20,000 bases of DNA from the NCBI GenBank assembly GCA_000934665.2, contig KZ538372.1, positions 57,003 to 77,002 of the forward strand. Reading direction: 5' to 3'. Position 1 is the stretch's first letter; every line of letters begins with the position of its first letter. The notes below the pieces were generated by a model that worked only from the letters and a program-made list of their open reading frames with translations, made no database searches and had not been told where the DNA came from. The DNA is from Catajapyx aquilonaris (Eukaryota). Of this stretch, positions 1 to 11,110 are shown in pieces. A program made the position numbers and the translations under genes.

Positions 1-129
1 ACAAACCCGGACACTCGAATCGCATTGTGTTCTAAGAGAGTAGCCGTGTTTCCTTTGCATAAAACATGACCGAAATCAATTAGTAGTCGTTTAGAGGGAA
101 ATGAGAGAGTGAAACTTGGCAACATTGCC

Positions 130-400
130 TGGCTCACTTGGACCAGGTGGCGCCACTCTTTGGAGGAAATATGTACTAAATGCACGTTGATGATGATTTG
201 TTGCGATATGATGGGGCTTGTTCAGGCTAAGAATGCAACGTTTTAGGGGATGGTATACACGAGTCGATATTTTCAACGAGGTTCATGTAGGGTTTGTTCC
301 GGAATGCGACCCCTCGTCGATTCGACCCAAATGACACGGGAAAGCACGGAGCATACAGAGTTCCATCATCACGGAGCCAACTTGTGCTGGAATTTTAGCT
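130..400 (-). mobile_element. Possible very decayed Tc1/mariner-superfamily transposase relic
   Basis: Minus-strand fragments across frames: GSVMM...HLGRIDEG (cf. GSVMVWG...LHRIDG), YMNLVEN (cf. YINILEN), EQAPSYRNK (cf. QDNAPSHRSK), ISSKEW / PPGPS (cf. ISSKEWPPSSPD). The order fits a DDD/E domain, but the catalytic residues are not intact. Confidence 0.3.
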
Positions 401-1079
401 TCAAAGCTCCGGGTTTAGATTACAGGAGACATGGGACGAGTTTCATGGAACTGGTGGAGAGAGAATAATGAGAAGGGGGGTTTGTAGTTGCAGCATCTAG
501 TCAAACAAGTTTCTGGTATGGGATAAGAGCAATCGAAACCGATGTAAATAATGCTTGTAGCTTTGGATCCGAGTTAATAATATTTTGCTCGGAGCGTTAC
601 TATAGTATATAAGATATTTTACTTTCACAAAGTGGACTGGCTTTTCTTTCTTTCTTGTTATTGAACTGATCGACCACATCTCGCTGGAAGGGTTTCTTTG
701 ACGAGAATATACCGCACGGCTCTTTTCATCACGAAATTCTTCAGAAGCTGAAGAGGGTGGAAAAACCGTGCCATGGATTGGAAGTAGGCACATTCTTGGA
801 AGAAAAAATATTCCGTCACAGTAGATACAAAGCAAACGTAGAATAATGCTTAATACTATTACACTGCATATACCGTGAAAGTCTGCGGAAGACATTTCGC
901 AAACTGGCAACTGAGCCCCCCCTTTGTTAATTGAATTTTGCGTGCAGATATATTGTACTTTGCTTTCTTGTGGCTCAAGACTGATTGCTACCCTTGCAGT
1001 TCAGACAGGTTTTGCTGCACAGTTTCTTTTTTTCCGACTGTCTTTTCTGCTTTTAGTTTCCTTTTGAATTTTACTCCTG

Positions 1080-1845
1080 GCAAGTTTTTCTTCGCCCGGA
1101 TGATTGACGAGTTATGGACAAATGGCATTTTAGGGCGCAACCTAAACTTGGCTCCACAAAGTCAGCCTGGCTGCCAGGATCAAAGTTGTGCAGCGACACA
1201 CTTGCTCAAAGCAAGGGAAAGTTGTCACGGGGTGAAACGACGCTGTATGATGCGAAAAAAGGGAATATTTAAATGAAGTATACCAGTCCGTCATACAGTG
1301 AACCCAATATCATGCACGTGCACTTCAAACCGCATGTTATTAAAGTCAACAAACATCAGAAGAGAAGCCTGGTACGCACTAAGTTAAGCAATAATGACAT
1401 GAAAGCATAAAGAATGGTGCAAACTGATCTAAAATCTAGCATGTGCTATGAAAATCCCATAATTATTTTCACGTCACTCTCATCTGGGTACATTTACTAG
1501 GAGCAGCCAAAAAAAAACTAATTGCCTGGCGCTTTCCGTACCTAATGGTGCGTTAATCTCGAGTATCTCCACTCATTGCATTTGGAAATGGCAGCGCTGA
1601 ATACCGGTGTAATATCCGCGAAACGTGCTGGCTTCCTGAGTGACACATACTGAGCTAGGTGAGGGTAAAATCAACCATCTCGACTCAAAAAGGTGCTTCT
1701 GAGCTACCGGCAGAGGATATTGCGCAATTTTCGTGGCGAAAGTGTGACAAATGGCAGTGAAATATTCCTGTAGAAGGTGAGGTGCTTGGTATAGGATATC
1801 ACGACTTAAAGATAAAGCGATTTATGTGACAGTGTTAACGATGCG
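1080..1845 (+). mobile_element. Highly decayed non-LTR retrotransposon (RTE-like LINE) RT / post-RT relic
   Basis: Frameshifted peptide fragments occur in RTE order: GILGRNLNL (about 1124-1150, cf. GI.I.GRNINNL), HLLKARESCHGVK (about 1200, cf. LL.KVKEES..GLK), HLGTFT (1481, cf. YLGSII), RILR / SWR / VTN (1714-1752, cf. RRILRISWRDKVTN), KIKRF (about 1810). By-eye match only. Confidence 0.4.
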
Positions 1846-2288
1846 ACACCTTCGAAATTTATTGTCTTAATCTTGAACATTTTTTTTTGCAGAATTGTTC
1901 CTGTGATTTATATAATGTAATATATATGAAGATTTTCCTTACAAAGGAATAGAACTGTTGTTTGCTGAACTTACACGTTAGAGCTGGGGAGGCACACAGG
2001 AAGCAGCATGTATTTGCATTCCCCACATCGTTTACCAGTGGGACTTGGGAAACAAGCGTACGTAATTTCCCCTGTGGAATCGTGAAACCGTAGCCCAAGC
2101 CTGGTCATAAACAAGTCTATTTAAAACTGAAGCAAAATCTTTACCCGGCTTAGGGACACTTCGGCAATGGTAGGGGGGGTTTCTCGTGCTTGCCTTCAGC
2201 GGTGGCATATCTTATGCCACACGTGCTCGGGGCAAAAATACATCCTGCTGCTAGCAAATATGGCCAACCCTGATACCACTGCTGCTTT

Positions 2289-2300
2289 GTGTGTGTGTGT
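2289..2300. repeat. Short (GT)6 microsatellite
   Basis: GTGTGTGTGTGT. Confidence 0.85.
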
Positions 2301-2834
2301 CTTGGCTCGATAGATTCTCATATGCCAGAGGATCGCAAAATGCGAGAAATATTATGTGTTTTTTTAAAACACAAATTCACTACATGAATTTGCAATGCGC
2401 ATAAATGTCGATGCTAATAATTGCAGCAAGACTTTATTAACGTCAGAAATAAATGCACGCTGGTTGTGGTACACTTTTTGGAAAAATTGTGACAAAATTC
2501 ATAGTGGCGTTTTCACGCGATTAATTCTTGGCATATGATTAAAATTAATTGCGGCGTGTAATAATGTGTCCTCCCTGGTCCGCATTATATACTGCAACAT
2601 TTATTAATCTGTATGTAACGTCACCTCATTAAATCCTGTCAATATGGCCGTTTAACCTCTAAAACTATGGAAATGCAAATTACATCTGTTTATAATGTAC
2701 ACGGTGCGTCAGATGGTATAACAGGAAGTGAACTTGACCCAAATACCTGAACACTCACCACAAAGATTTTTAGAAACGCTTTTTTTTTTCTTTTGCTTTC
2801 TTCCGGGGGCCTATATACGATAGGGTAAGCTCCC

Positions 2835-3140
2835 ATCCTTCCATCTCAAACCCAAACTCTGTTTTCATTTGACGGCTGTCGGTATTCCCCTTTCCAAAGT
2901 ACAATTGGCCCCTTTCCAAAGACCTTGGTTCTGTGCCAATACACCACACTTTTCGTCCCAAGGAAAGCAGGATGTGATGGCACACAAATGCAGACTCTTC
3001 TTGCGAATCTGTTCACATATACATAACCCGGCGTCTCATATCGACATCAAAATTAAGTCTCCAAGTTTGCAATACTCCAGAGCGAAAATCTTTTTTCCGC
3101 GAAATTTCATCTTCCAAAGAAAAAGTCATTTCTTAGGAAG
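2835..3140 (+). mobile_element. Decayed CR1/Jockey-type LINE post-RT fragment
   Basis: KDLGSV (about 2918-2935, cf. KDLGV) is followed in another frame by LFLRICSHIHNPAS...SPSLQYSRAKIFFP...FQRK (cf. LGFIKR.C..F.NP..L...RP.LEYAS.VWSP...VQRK). By-eye match only. Confidence 0.4.
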
Positions 3141-4386
3141 GGGGTCCCAATTACACGTTTTTAAAAGAAATTGCCGGAAGCAAGCTTTGCTAACGAGATG
3201 GAAAGTTTACTTTGCAAACGTGACGCCCTCGAAAGCAATGCTACACTTGGGTTATTTTCAGGACGTACACTTGGGATGCACCCAATAATGCATTGTTACT
3301 CGGTGGGGTCTTTCAAAAGCTGTAAGAGGGACATTAAAAATAACATCACATCTGTAAACCTAGGCGTGCTCCCAAGCTTCTAATCGGAGGATTGGACACC
3401 GATTTTAATTAACGGGTGGTGATCATTGCGGCTCAGCTAATAAGCAGATTAACTCTGGAATAACACTGACTAGTTAGGTCCGGTTTCAGATAATCTGTGG
3501 GTTCGCAGCAAGGAAATGACCGCAATTTTTTTTTTGTAGACCCTGGAAAATCCAGCACATGGTAGCATTTTTGAGGGAAAATGCTACAAAGAAAAAGGGG
3601 ACTGGGAGTTTCATCAGTGAACAGAAAAGGGGGAAGGTTAATCCTCCCTTGGCTTTGTTGAAGATTTATGAAGCGTTCACAATCTTTCATCACGGAACCT
3701 CTGAGAAAGGAGAGAAAAAAAAGTGGGAGCAAAGGTCCATATACCGCTTAAGCTATACACAAGTTTCTGGGAGTTGCTGATGGAACGAAGCAAAAACATA
3801 ACATAAATGGCAGTTTCAGCCCCGAAAATTTTCATCATTTCAAATATTTTCCACATAATTCTGCTAATCAAATCCTTGCTGTACCTAATTAACCATGAGA
3901 GTTACGCAATAGATGATCGCTAATAGATGAGTTATTAATTTGCTGTGCAGTAACCGGCGTTAGTAATTATCTCAAATAATAACGAGCATATTATAACAAG
4001 TGGCCATTTTGTCACTGCCTGTTGGTTACAGGCTACCCCGTGTCCTGGTTGGTCCTGATAGAAAACAGTTCATGTTTAATCATGCGACCAAATTACCAAA
4101 TCCGTGTACTGTAGTGACATCCTGCCGATTCTGCAGTCCAGCCGACTTGCCTGTTTGGCAGGTTGCTAATTGACCAGGATAATCCTGCAGTGCCATCCAT
4201 TATGGCATTCCGATGGCATTCCGATGTAACACTATATTGGCTTTTTATGAATGCATCGCGCGGAACCAATATTTTATGCACTTTTAAATGTGCATGCAAT
4301 GCAGGCGTATTAAATTCATTTTGTCGCAAAGCACATCAATGGCAGCAGGTAATTGTTCTGATTCTGTCCCTGGAGAGAGTTTGTAT

Positions 4387-4401
4387 GGGGGGGGGGGGNN
4401 N
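4387..4401. other. Poly-G run (12 G) abutting an assembly gap (NNN at 4399-4401)
   Basis: GGGGGGGGGGGGNNN is seen directly. The true distance across the gap is unknown. Confidence 0.95.
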
Positions 4402-7400
4402 ATATCCATTATAAGAAACTGGTATTGTCGCTAGGGAGGCTGCGGCGGTGTATATAGAGCCGATCGGTGGGGGAATTCTGCGGAGGGCTCCCCGAAAATC
4501 CCCAATGGACCGCCGACAGGCGCCCCTAGGAAATTTCCGAACAAACGGGGGATTTGGCGACAATCAATGAGGTATCCCCGTAGGAAATCACCGCTGGCAA
4601 GTGCCACCTCTTTCATCTTGATTTAATGGAACGGGACTCGTTTTCCCGCCGCGCGAGAAATGCGCGCGTCGATCTCGCTCTACGGGGTTCTCAACTCTAG
4701 GCCTGAGTATTCTTTCCTTTTTTTTAACGGTCTTTTTTTTGAATTAAAATCGGTTATTTCGACAGTCAATTTGAGGTCGGAACCACATCAACGGAGCGAA
4801 CTCTGAAAGTGTGCGGCCAGGTGCAACATGTTATGCAATCCAGAGAGTCCCAATAGCATGTTCCACCCATTATGATCGGTAATTGCAGGTCGCATTTGTG
4901 ATGTGAGTTTCCTCCAATGATGCTTGTGCAGAACGCGTACCAAACCAGTCGCAACTAAAAATTCAGCAAGCAGCCCGCTACATGCAGATTTTAACATATT
5001 AATCGGATTGGAATTTGCTGAAATTTATTTTAATTTGTTACTAAAGTATGTTGTGTTGAATGATCTGGATAAGAATAGGCCTAATTATTTTAATAACATA
5101 ACTATAAATTTTCCGCAAGTTTCAGACCTTCCATTCATGACATGCATGATATGATCAGTCACATCTCCGAGATACAAATGTCATTTCGATTTACCACCCC
5201 CAACAAGCGTGACCCCGTGGCCTCACCCATGGCAACGACCAAACTACGTAATAGCCGTGTGATTCCCTTGGAACACTGCCATAGAAATCACTGGAAATAC
5301 TGATTTTGAGTGGGTGTCATCAAAATGGAAACCGTGTAATCACCACCTACTACTAGAGAACATTTCAGTAAAAGGAAGATAGTTTCAGAGCTTGAATAGC
5401 CAGGGAAAGGTCGCCGACTGGTCTCCATTAAATGCCAATGTACAGCAAAGGAATCGCAGGCTGTTCATCAGAATGTCCTCACTTTCCACCAAATATAAAT
5501 GTCTTTTGCTGCGAAGAGCAATTTGTCTCCGACTTCTGCAGATACAATCGAAAAAGCTCATATTTCTGCTTGGCGTGTCACTTTGGGGGCTCTTGCGTGT
5601 TTCGCGAATAATAATATATAAGTAAACAGGGAGACAAGGGAGTTTTTGATCAATCACCGGACAATACGCGAAATTGGATGAATACTGCGGGTAAATATTC
5701 CAAGTCTTTCAGAATTAATTTATAGGTCACAATGGCCCAAGTTATAATTCACTCTATCCGAAATGTCATCTTTAATCATCATATTGAATATTTTCAATGC
5801 TGAACCTATAGTTAGCAAAGTTAGTATAGTGGCCATTGAGCAGAACATTGATCAACATGCAGGTTTCGTGTGACAAACATGTCGTAAAATGTTCAAAAAC
5901 GCGGATATCTCTGTCATAGGCAGCAAAGAGACACCATTTGGTCCCACATTTTTTTTTTGTCTCCATTCCCAGATAGATGTCTGTGCCGCCTCGAAAGTGC
6001 CCAGTCAGCTTCTCCTATCGAAGGCCATGCCCGAGAGATCGTGCAACTCTCGGTCTTTTTTTCTCTCTCTTCTCTTTTTCCACCTACCCATCCCACCCAC
6101 CCCATCCACAAAGAGCTGCCGGCTTATCTTTTGTCTGCAATAAGTCAGACGCACAGATGGTGGTAACCACGTCAAAGACTCTTCCTCCTATTCGAAATAG
6201 GACGAACCCTCTTCCGCTGATTGCAGTTCTGTGCTTCATTTCACTGCACCCAGAGATGCAAAAAAAAGCACTTTCGATCACATCGACCTTGTCTCTGAAA
6301 TGTCTGCTATAAAAACATTAAGGTTCCTTTTTCCCGATCGGTTACGACAGACATCGTCTTAAAACACGGGCGTTTCTCATCGCGTCGACGGAATTTAGAT
6401 GGTGTGTAATCCCGGGTGCTAAGACAATGCACATGTCTCTTTCTCATGTAAGCCAACCACTTTTTTCTTTGGTTTAACCCTCTCTGTAGTATAGGCACGG
6501 TCAATTCCTCAGCAACGCTCGTAACCGTCCACAGCATTTCTCTTGCGGGATTTAGTTGGAGCCGCGCTCTCCATTACCTTCCTTGATTCCGACAAAGAGA
6601 ACAAGGGAAGCCCTTTTTGTCGGCGTGAAATTTCATTACAGGAAACAACCCCAATTACTCCCATAACAGAGGCAATGAGGGGGATATAGTCCAGCCTGAT
6701 GCAGCAGCTTGTTTCTTATCCAGCCTATAGTTATGCTAATCGAGTTCCTATATAGAGTGGGAGGTATATGCACTGCAAATTGCGGCAATGCAGTTGCTAG
6801 AGTCGATATTTTTTTTATATTACCAGACCGATTTGGTTGTTGCTCCACAGACGGACGGACAGAGACAGACAGGGCTTGTAACAGGCCACGCTCGTCCTTC
6901 AATCAAATCAATTGGTTGGTGCCTACATTGCCCAGACGACCCTTATACTGGTGCGTCCAAACGATGTTTCCTGTCATCTCTGGTCACACACAGTAAGCAC
7001 CTAATCGCCTGTCGCTATACACACCAACTTGGAGCACGCATCGGTCCCGATGTAATCCGCCTACTCGAATATAGGACCCATCCCCAATTGGCCCGAATTC
7101 ATTCCCACCCATCCGGATTCATTTATTATTTGGATGGCTTACTTTAGCTATTTATTGAGTGTATGCCGGGCTGGCTGACCCGTATATAACGTATGGAACT
7201 AGTGATACGTGCTGATATAGCCCCTTCAGGAAGTTTGCTGATCACGCACGGAAGTGACAATCAAAATGTGTACAGTGCAGGCTAAAAGAGCATTTTTGAA
7301 GTACAGAAACAGACAAACTGACTGCACACTGGGGATGGAATTTCTAGAGTTGTTGGAGCTGATAAACAACATTTTTTTCATTTTCCAAGGGAAAAAAAAT

Positions 7401-7429
7401 CAGAGTTCTTCGGAATGTGGGACGAGGTT

Positions 7430-7780
7430 GCCGGCGCACTATAAACGAATTGCAGACCATCTATCGCAGCATCAATGCCAAGGACTATCGTTTGAACTCC
7501 ACAAAAAAATTAATGCCGCACTCTGAAATTTCTGTAGTTTCCAGCACAAGTGGTCGGATAGACTCCAAAGTCTTGGCTATTAAAAGCAACCAAGTTCATA
7601 CATAATTCAGCAACTTGCGAATTCCTGAGGCAAGAACACCTTTTCGACAATCTCTTCCTTAAAAAATGCAGATCTTTTTTTTTCCTGGATATTTTTGTGT
7701 CGCCTGGTTGGGTATGAAGCATAAAAATGGCCATTTTCAGCTTGGACTTGGCATTACAGGCTGCAAGCAGATGAAAGAGC
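7430..7780 (+). mobile_element. Possible decayed RTE-like LINE RT fragment
   Basis: ELQTIYRSINAKDYRLNSTKKLM...RIDSKVL (cf. ELQ.ML...GL.LN..KTK.M...IDG..L), then KKCRSFF...SIKMAIF (cf. KARSAF...SLK.K.RIF). Weak. Confidence 0.25.
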
Positions 7781-9704
7781 GGTGGGATCAGAGTCCTTGA
7801 TGAATGGCCAGGGACCCGTCATTTCCTGGTGGGACTCGGCAATACAACCAGTTTCATTGGGATTGAGTTCGGGTCGTGATGTGTGTGTGCTGCATCGCCT
7901 GCTTTTATTAACAGAGAGGCGACACTCATTTTTTTGCGGGGTGGGGGACCAATTGTTGGAGATGTAAGTTCCACATTTATTGTTACATCCAGCGGCGTTT
8001 CCTATAGAGTACGACCCACCCCCTTTTTTTAGTGTGATCTATTCGGTATCGATCGAGACTCATTTGTATGCGCGCCTTTGTAACTGCGGTGAAGTCAATA
8101 AGAATTGAGTCCGTCTGGCTCACATAGAGAAAAATTTGGGTCGGCAGATGCATGCTCCTGAAAAATACCAGGGGTTTTTGCAAAAATGTGGCGTAATTAA
8201 CCTAAATGGTGGGTGCTGACGATTAAAAATGATCTGGTTTTTTTTTCTAAAGCGGGATATAGTCCCAGTACTTTCTGATGGCCAGTTTTATGATAGAAGT
8301 CCATTAGGAGAAATGTTTGGAGGACAAAAAGGGGTAATGCAATTTTCAAACTTCAAACGGTCATTTTTATCGTTCGAGCCATACTTTTTGATGGTCAAGT
8401 CAGTTTTCTGCTAGACATTCTCATATAAAAAAATTGCAATTTTTCAGCTTTAAAAATTGCATTTCAAGGCATTGTACTGTATACATGGTGCAGTGTTAAT
8501 TACAGCAACTCCACCTGTCACTCCTAATAACCCGTTGTTTATCAGCACATGTTGGCCATTGATCACCTCTGCTATTGGCACAGTTCATACACTCAGATCG
8601 TATCATGTGTCAATCCAAGCATTAAGTGAGACTTTAGTCTTTTTTTTTTGAAGGATCTGGTTTCTGGTGGGTTGTCCGGCATTAAAAGGATCGATCCACT
8701 TGACTACCGTGGGAATGAAGGGCGTGTCAGGGTGTTTTTCTGATGTGGTTCTTTAGCCTGGGATCGACTTGAGAGGTTGAGGGGGTTTTCCATTATATTG
8801 AAGCGACATTGTGACCATCCTGTCTATCAGCTCCGGAAGTTTGTGTTTTTGATCGCTTTTTCACTCTCAAGGTTTTAGGCTGGATGAGATAGAGGCTGGG
8901 GGGTTTTTTTTTTCAAAGGAGATAAGTTTTACTTGCGCATCTAAATGGGACGTTAAAAATATATAGAACGACTTTTGGCTGTCGAGAAAAGTTAGGGAGT
9001 TCCCTAATTAGAGATTTCTCGTCTGAAATGGTAATGCAAAATAATGAAAAACTTTTTTTTTGCGGCCATCTTGACGCACACGGTTTCAGGCTGATATTAA
9101 AATTGCGCTGCATATTTATTGCAGCTAAATTAGATGGAGGTGATTGATGGCCTGCCACATCAAAATGGACTCTTCAGGACAATGCCTAGCGGTTTGACTG
9201 ACTGTCATTTAGCTGCTCTCTAAATAATTTCCTTTTGAGTCAATTTAGGAAAAAATGTTTTTGCCATTGTAGAAATTGGCCAGAAAATGATTCAAAATAA
9301 TTTAGAAAGCAGATCAGTGCTACTTAGTTTTTTTTTTAAATTCTAGAACAAGGTCACTTAAATTTTTTCTCTCCCAGACACTAAGGAAAGGCATTAATTT
9401 TTCGTCAGAGCTTGGCGTGGGAAACGCTTTCAGCCGGAATAAGCTTCCGCCAAAAAGACTTTATTCGGTTACGACCTGTTCGTAACACAGGAAATGCATC
9501 AACGCCATCTTCAATAATTTATTTGGGCCGCTGAAAAGTTTAGGGCTGGGTAGGGAAGTGTCTCTTCTCTTATCCCCCCTTTCATTGGAGGCCAAACCCT
9601 GCGTGGGACTATCATTTAGGACAATGGAACGCGATATCCGTTATTAGGGCCAACAACACCAGGTTTGTTCCGCGAGACAATTTATTGCCTCAAAACACGA
9701 CAAC

Positions 9705-9965
9705 CTCGTGGACAATAAGCTCAACTGGTGATATAAAGTTGGTTTTTTTATATATAAATTTGGCACAAAAATTTTCGGTGGTGCCAATTCCCTAATACCA
9801 GGTATACCCCTAAGAGATTTCCAGATGCCACTTTAGCCTGTATCGATTCTGGTGGCTCCGACCGCCCCATACAATTCTCCCCGAAGCGTGCTGTGAGGAC
9901 TTTCACGTCCCAATTGCCACTTTCCAGTAAATGAGACGGTTCAGTCATGCCAATCCTCCTTGTCG
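9705..9965 (+). mobile_element. Decayed LINE (L2/Crack/CR1-like) post-RT fragment
   Basis: LVDNKLNW (9705-9728, cf. LGV.IDNKLNW), then after frameshifts NLAQKF...EISRCHFSL (cf. KL...ILR..YFSL) and KRAVRTFT (9884-9907, cf. LQKRAVRII). Contains stops and frameshifts. Confidence 0.45.
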
Positions 9966-11074
9966 TCTTTCACACTTCTCTGTTTCTGGGAGGGGTAGGG
10001 GCATATATATATTTTTTGCTGTTCTATAAACCCCACAACAAGCCAAGCCCGCCAAACCCATGCTGGTTCTCCTTCAATTAAGTGCAATTGCACGCCATCG
10101 TTCACACAAATGAGGGTGTCAACAATAGAGATCGGTACCCTTCTTTATGAGCTCATCCGTGGCAGCTGCACAGGGTGTTTTATGATGTTCTGGATTGTTT
10201 AAGACAGTGCTTCATAAAGTTGTATGTCACGCTGATTTTAATATTTTGTCACATGTGAACATAATTTTTTTTTCAATTGCTCCAGCTGCATTTTATGAAT
10301 GGCCACTCACTGTAATGGCAGATAGGCTACTTGAAGCATGTAATTGGCGAGCTTACAGTTTCAATTGTGCCCATCTTGCCGGTATATTTGTGAGCATTCT
10401 GATGTGCAAAAAGGAAGAGACGGAGCAAATTTTGCTCGGAAGCTCTGCAGAGCTCAATCACAATGTTTTCACTCATCAACTCGGTCTACCATGAGCGACT
10501 GTTCAGCAAGTAACGTCAACATAGAGATAGAGAAATAATGAGCGCAGGACATACTCTATACAGTGCACTGGCTCGATCGGTATTTATATTACCCTCTCTT
10601 TTCACGTCCCCTGCAATTTGCTAGATAAAAAAGGGATCCAGTAAACCGCAGGATTGCCCCTTTTTCCACATTAAAAAACTAAGGCTCAATTTTTTTAGAA
10701 CTATTGTACAAAAAAACCGCAAAATCGCCACATTTGCATCAAATAACTGCAGTGTAGACATAACAAACTTTAGCAAATGGGCGAACATATAAAATGTTTG
10801 GAATAAATTTACGGTCTAGCCTGCGTCGTATAAATAGTTGAATGCAAGTGCGTAGGACGGGCAGACACATTTGCAAGGAAAATGCCAGAAAATTTGTGTA
10901 AAAAAGCAACCGGCCCTATTAATAGCTGACCCCTGATACATGTGTTGGGAAGGGAAGAAACAAATTATGTAGCATGAAGGTAGTTAACCCCCTGCTCATT
11001 TTGCTTCTCTGATGGGAATTAAACTTCAGGATAAGTTATATGGATCAATATAGGGTTGGGAAAAGAAGTGATTG

Positions 11075-11110
11075 TGACTAATTAGTGTTGTTTTCTTTCT
11101 GTTCCAGCAG
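11075..11110 (+). promoter_or_regulatory. U2-type branch point, polypyrimidine tract and tandem NAGNAG 3' splice site
   Basis: TGACTAAT (11075-11082, candidate branch A at 11081), then GTTGTTTTCTTTCTGTTC, then CAG (11105-11107) CAG (11108-11110). An in-frame TAG at 11083-11085 shows that the channel frame cannot extend upstream without splicing. Confidence 0.8.

Larger units (their letters stand above)
1..11107 (+). other. Upstream intron (or intron plus 5' flank) of the Cav1 gene; no first exon identified
   Basis: Ends in a canonical U2 acceptor and contains only short ORFs and TE relics. A short, poorly conserved exon 1 or a promoter inside this stretch cannot be excluded. Confidence 0.55.

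Noticed and set aside
5772..5966. Minus-strand LFAAYDRDIRVF as a LINE RT 'LFADD' box
   Set aside because: A single weak motif without supporting neighbours.
7782..7969. ORF ending near GAT|GTAAGT as candidate exon 1
   Set aside because: The donor is a good match, but the peptide has no Cav1 resemblance, the ORF frame gives phase 2 rather than the required phase 1, and there is no promoter evidence.
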